DNA of 62,388 nt, filler included, from Nemertoderma westbladi (lineage: Eukaryota; Animalia; Xenacoelomorpha), in NCBI GenBank assembly GCA_032718475.1. It is 4 parts of 4 records of this genome, joined end to end, with 100 filler letters (N's around TTAATTAATTAA, not from the genome) between each part and the next. Parts side by side here need not be neighbours in the genome. Positions count along the whole stretch, not along the records: positions 52,666 to 62,388 come from JAUCBJ010001402.1; 3 more parts are not named here. The stretch is one strand, 5' to 3'. The stretch's first letter is position 1. The number at the start of each line of letters is the position of its first letter. Shown here piece after piece: positions 61,917 to 62,388 of this stretch. The position numbers and the translations under genes were made by a program. The notes below the pieces were generated by a model, which worked only from the letters and a program-made list of their open reading frames with translations, had not been told where the DNA came from and did no database searches.

Positions 61917-62000
61917 CTACGTGGATACGTACGACATACGTGGATACGTACTATACGTGGATACGTACGACATACGTGGATACGTACTATACGTGGATAG
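61917..62000 (+). repeat. 36-bp tandem repeat rich in TACGT
   Basis: About 2.3 copies of TACGTGGATACGTACGACATACGTGGATACGTACTA. Confidence 0.8.
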
Positions 62001-62388
62001 AAAAACGCGGCCGAGAAAAACTCGGAGTTGAAAAACTCTGAATGAAAAACTCGATCTTGAAAAACGCGGCCGAGAAGAACTCGGCCGATAATAATTAATG
62101 CCGTGTCAGTGTGTCTAAAAACAGCCTGGTTCAAACCATAGCTTTTGCGACGCATCAAACAAGCCGAATCCTTGGTATAGAATTCGCTGATGTTATTTAA
62201 CTTACATTATTTAATCCATGTTATTTAATCTATATTGTATAATTTATACAATATAATCTATTTTACTGTTGAGTGTGTTAATTAACGTTCAATTTTATTG
62301 TTTCTTTTCCGGATCGGGGCTCCTGTCCTAAGTTTGTGAATATATATTATTAATTACATACATAGGCCTCTTGTTTTTATTATGGGCT

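Overview
AT-rich, repeat-dense genomic DNA from an invertebrate animal (inferred from DAAM, CR1/RTE/CRE LINEs and a CsRn1-type gypsy element). It consists of four contigs joined by three 100-bp spacers (N-run, TTAATTAATTAA, N-run), so adjacency across the gaps is unproven. Host genes: an intronless, divergent H2A.Z (7510-7911, -), a full-length SPT16/FACT large subunit with no intron in the CDS (54881-57979, -) and the first coding exon of a DAAM formin (46900-47148, +). Most of the rest is transposon-derived: five copies or fragments of one young RTE family, a near-complete CR1 with a candidate -1 frameshift junction, a truncated CsRn1-type gypsy, CRE-like 3' fragments, a deleted hAT-like element, and many MITEs (Sola1-, piggyBac-, MULE-, Tc1-, Kolobok- and Helentron-like, plus one with an unusual CAG end and 5-bp TSD). 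Several satellites arise inside these elements. The least explained stretch is 17725-20547: a purine-skewed element with a decayed triple zinc-knuckle ORF, a dense multi-hairpin/pseudoknot domain and a hairpin-TCACA end. All calls are by eye; no searches were run.
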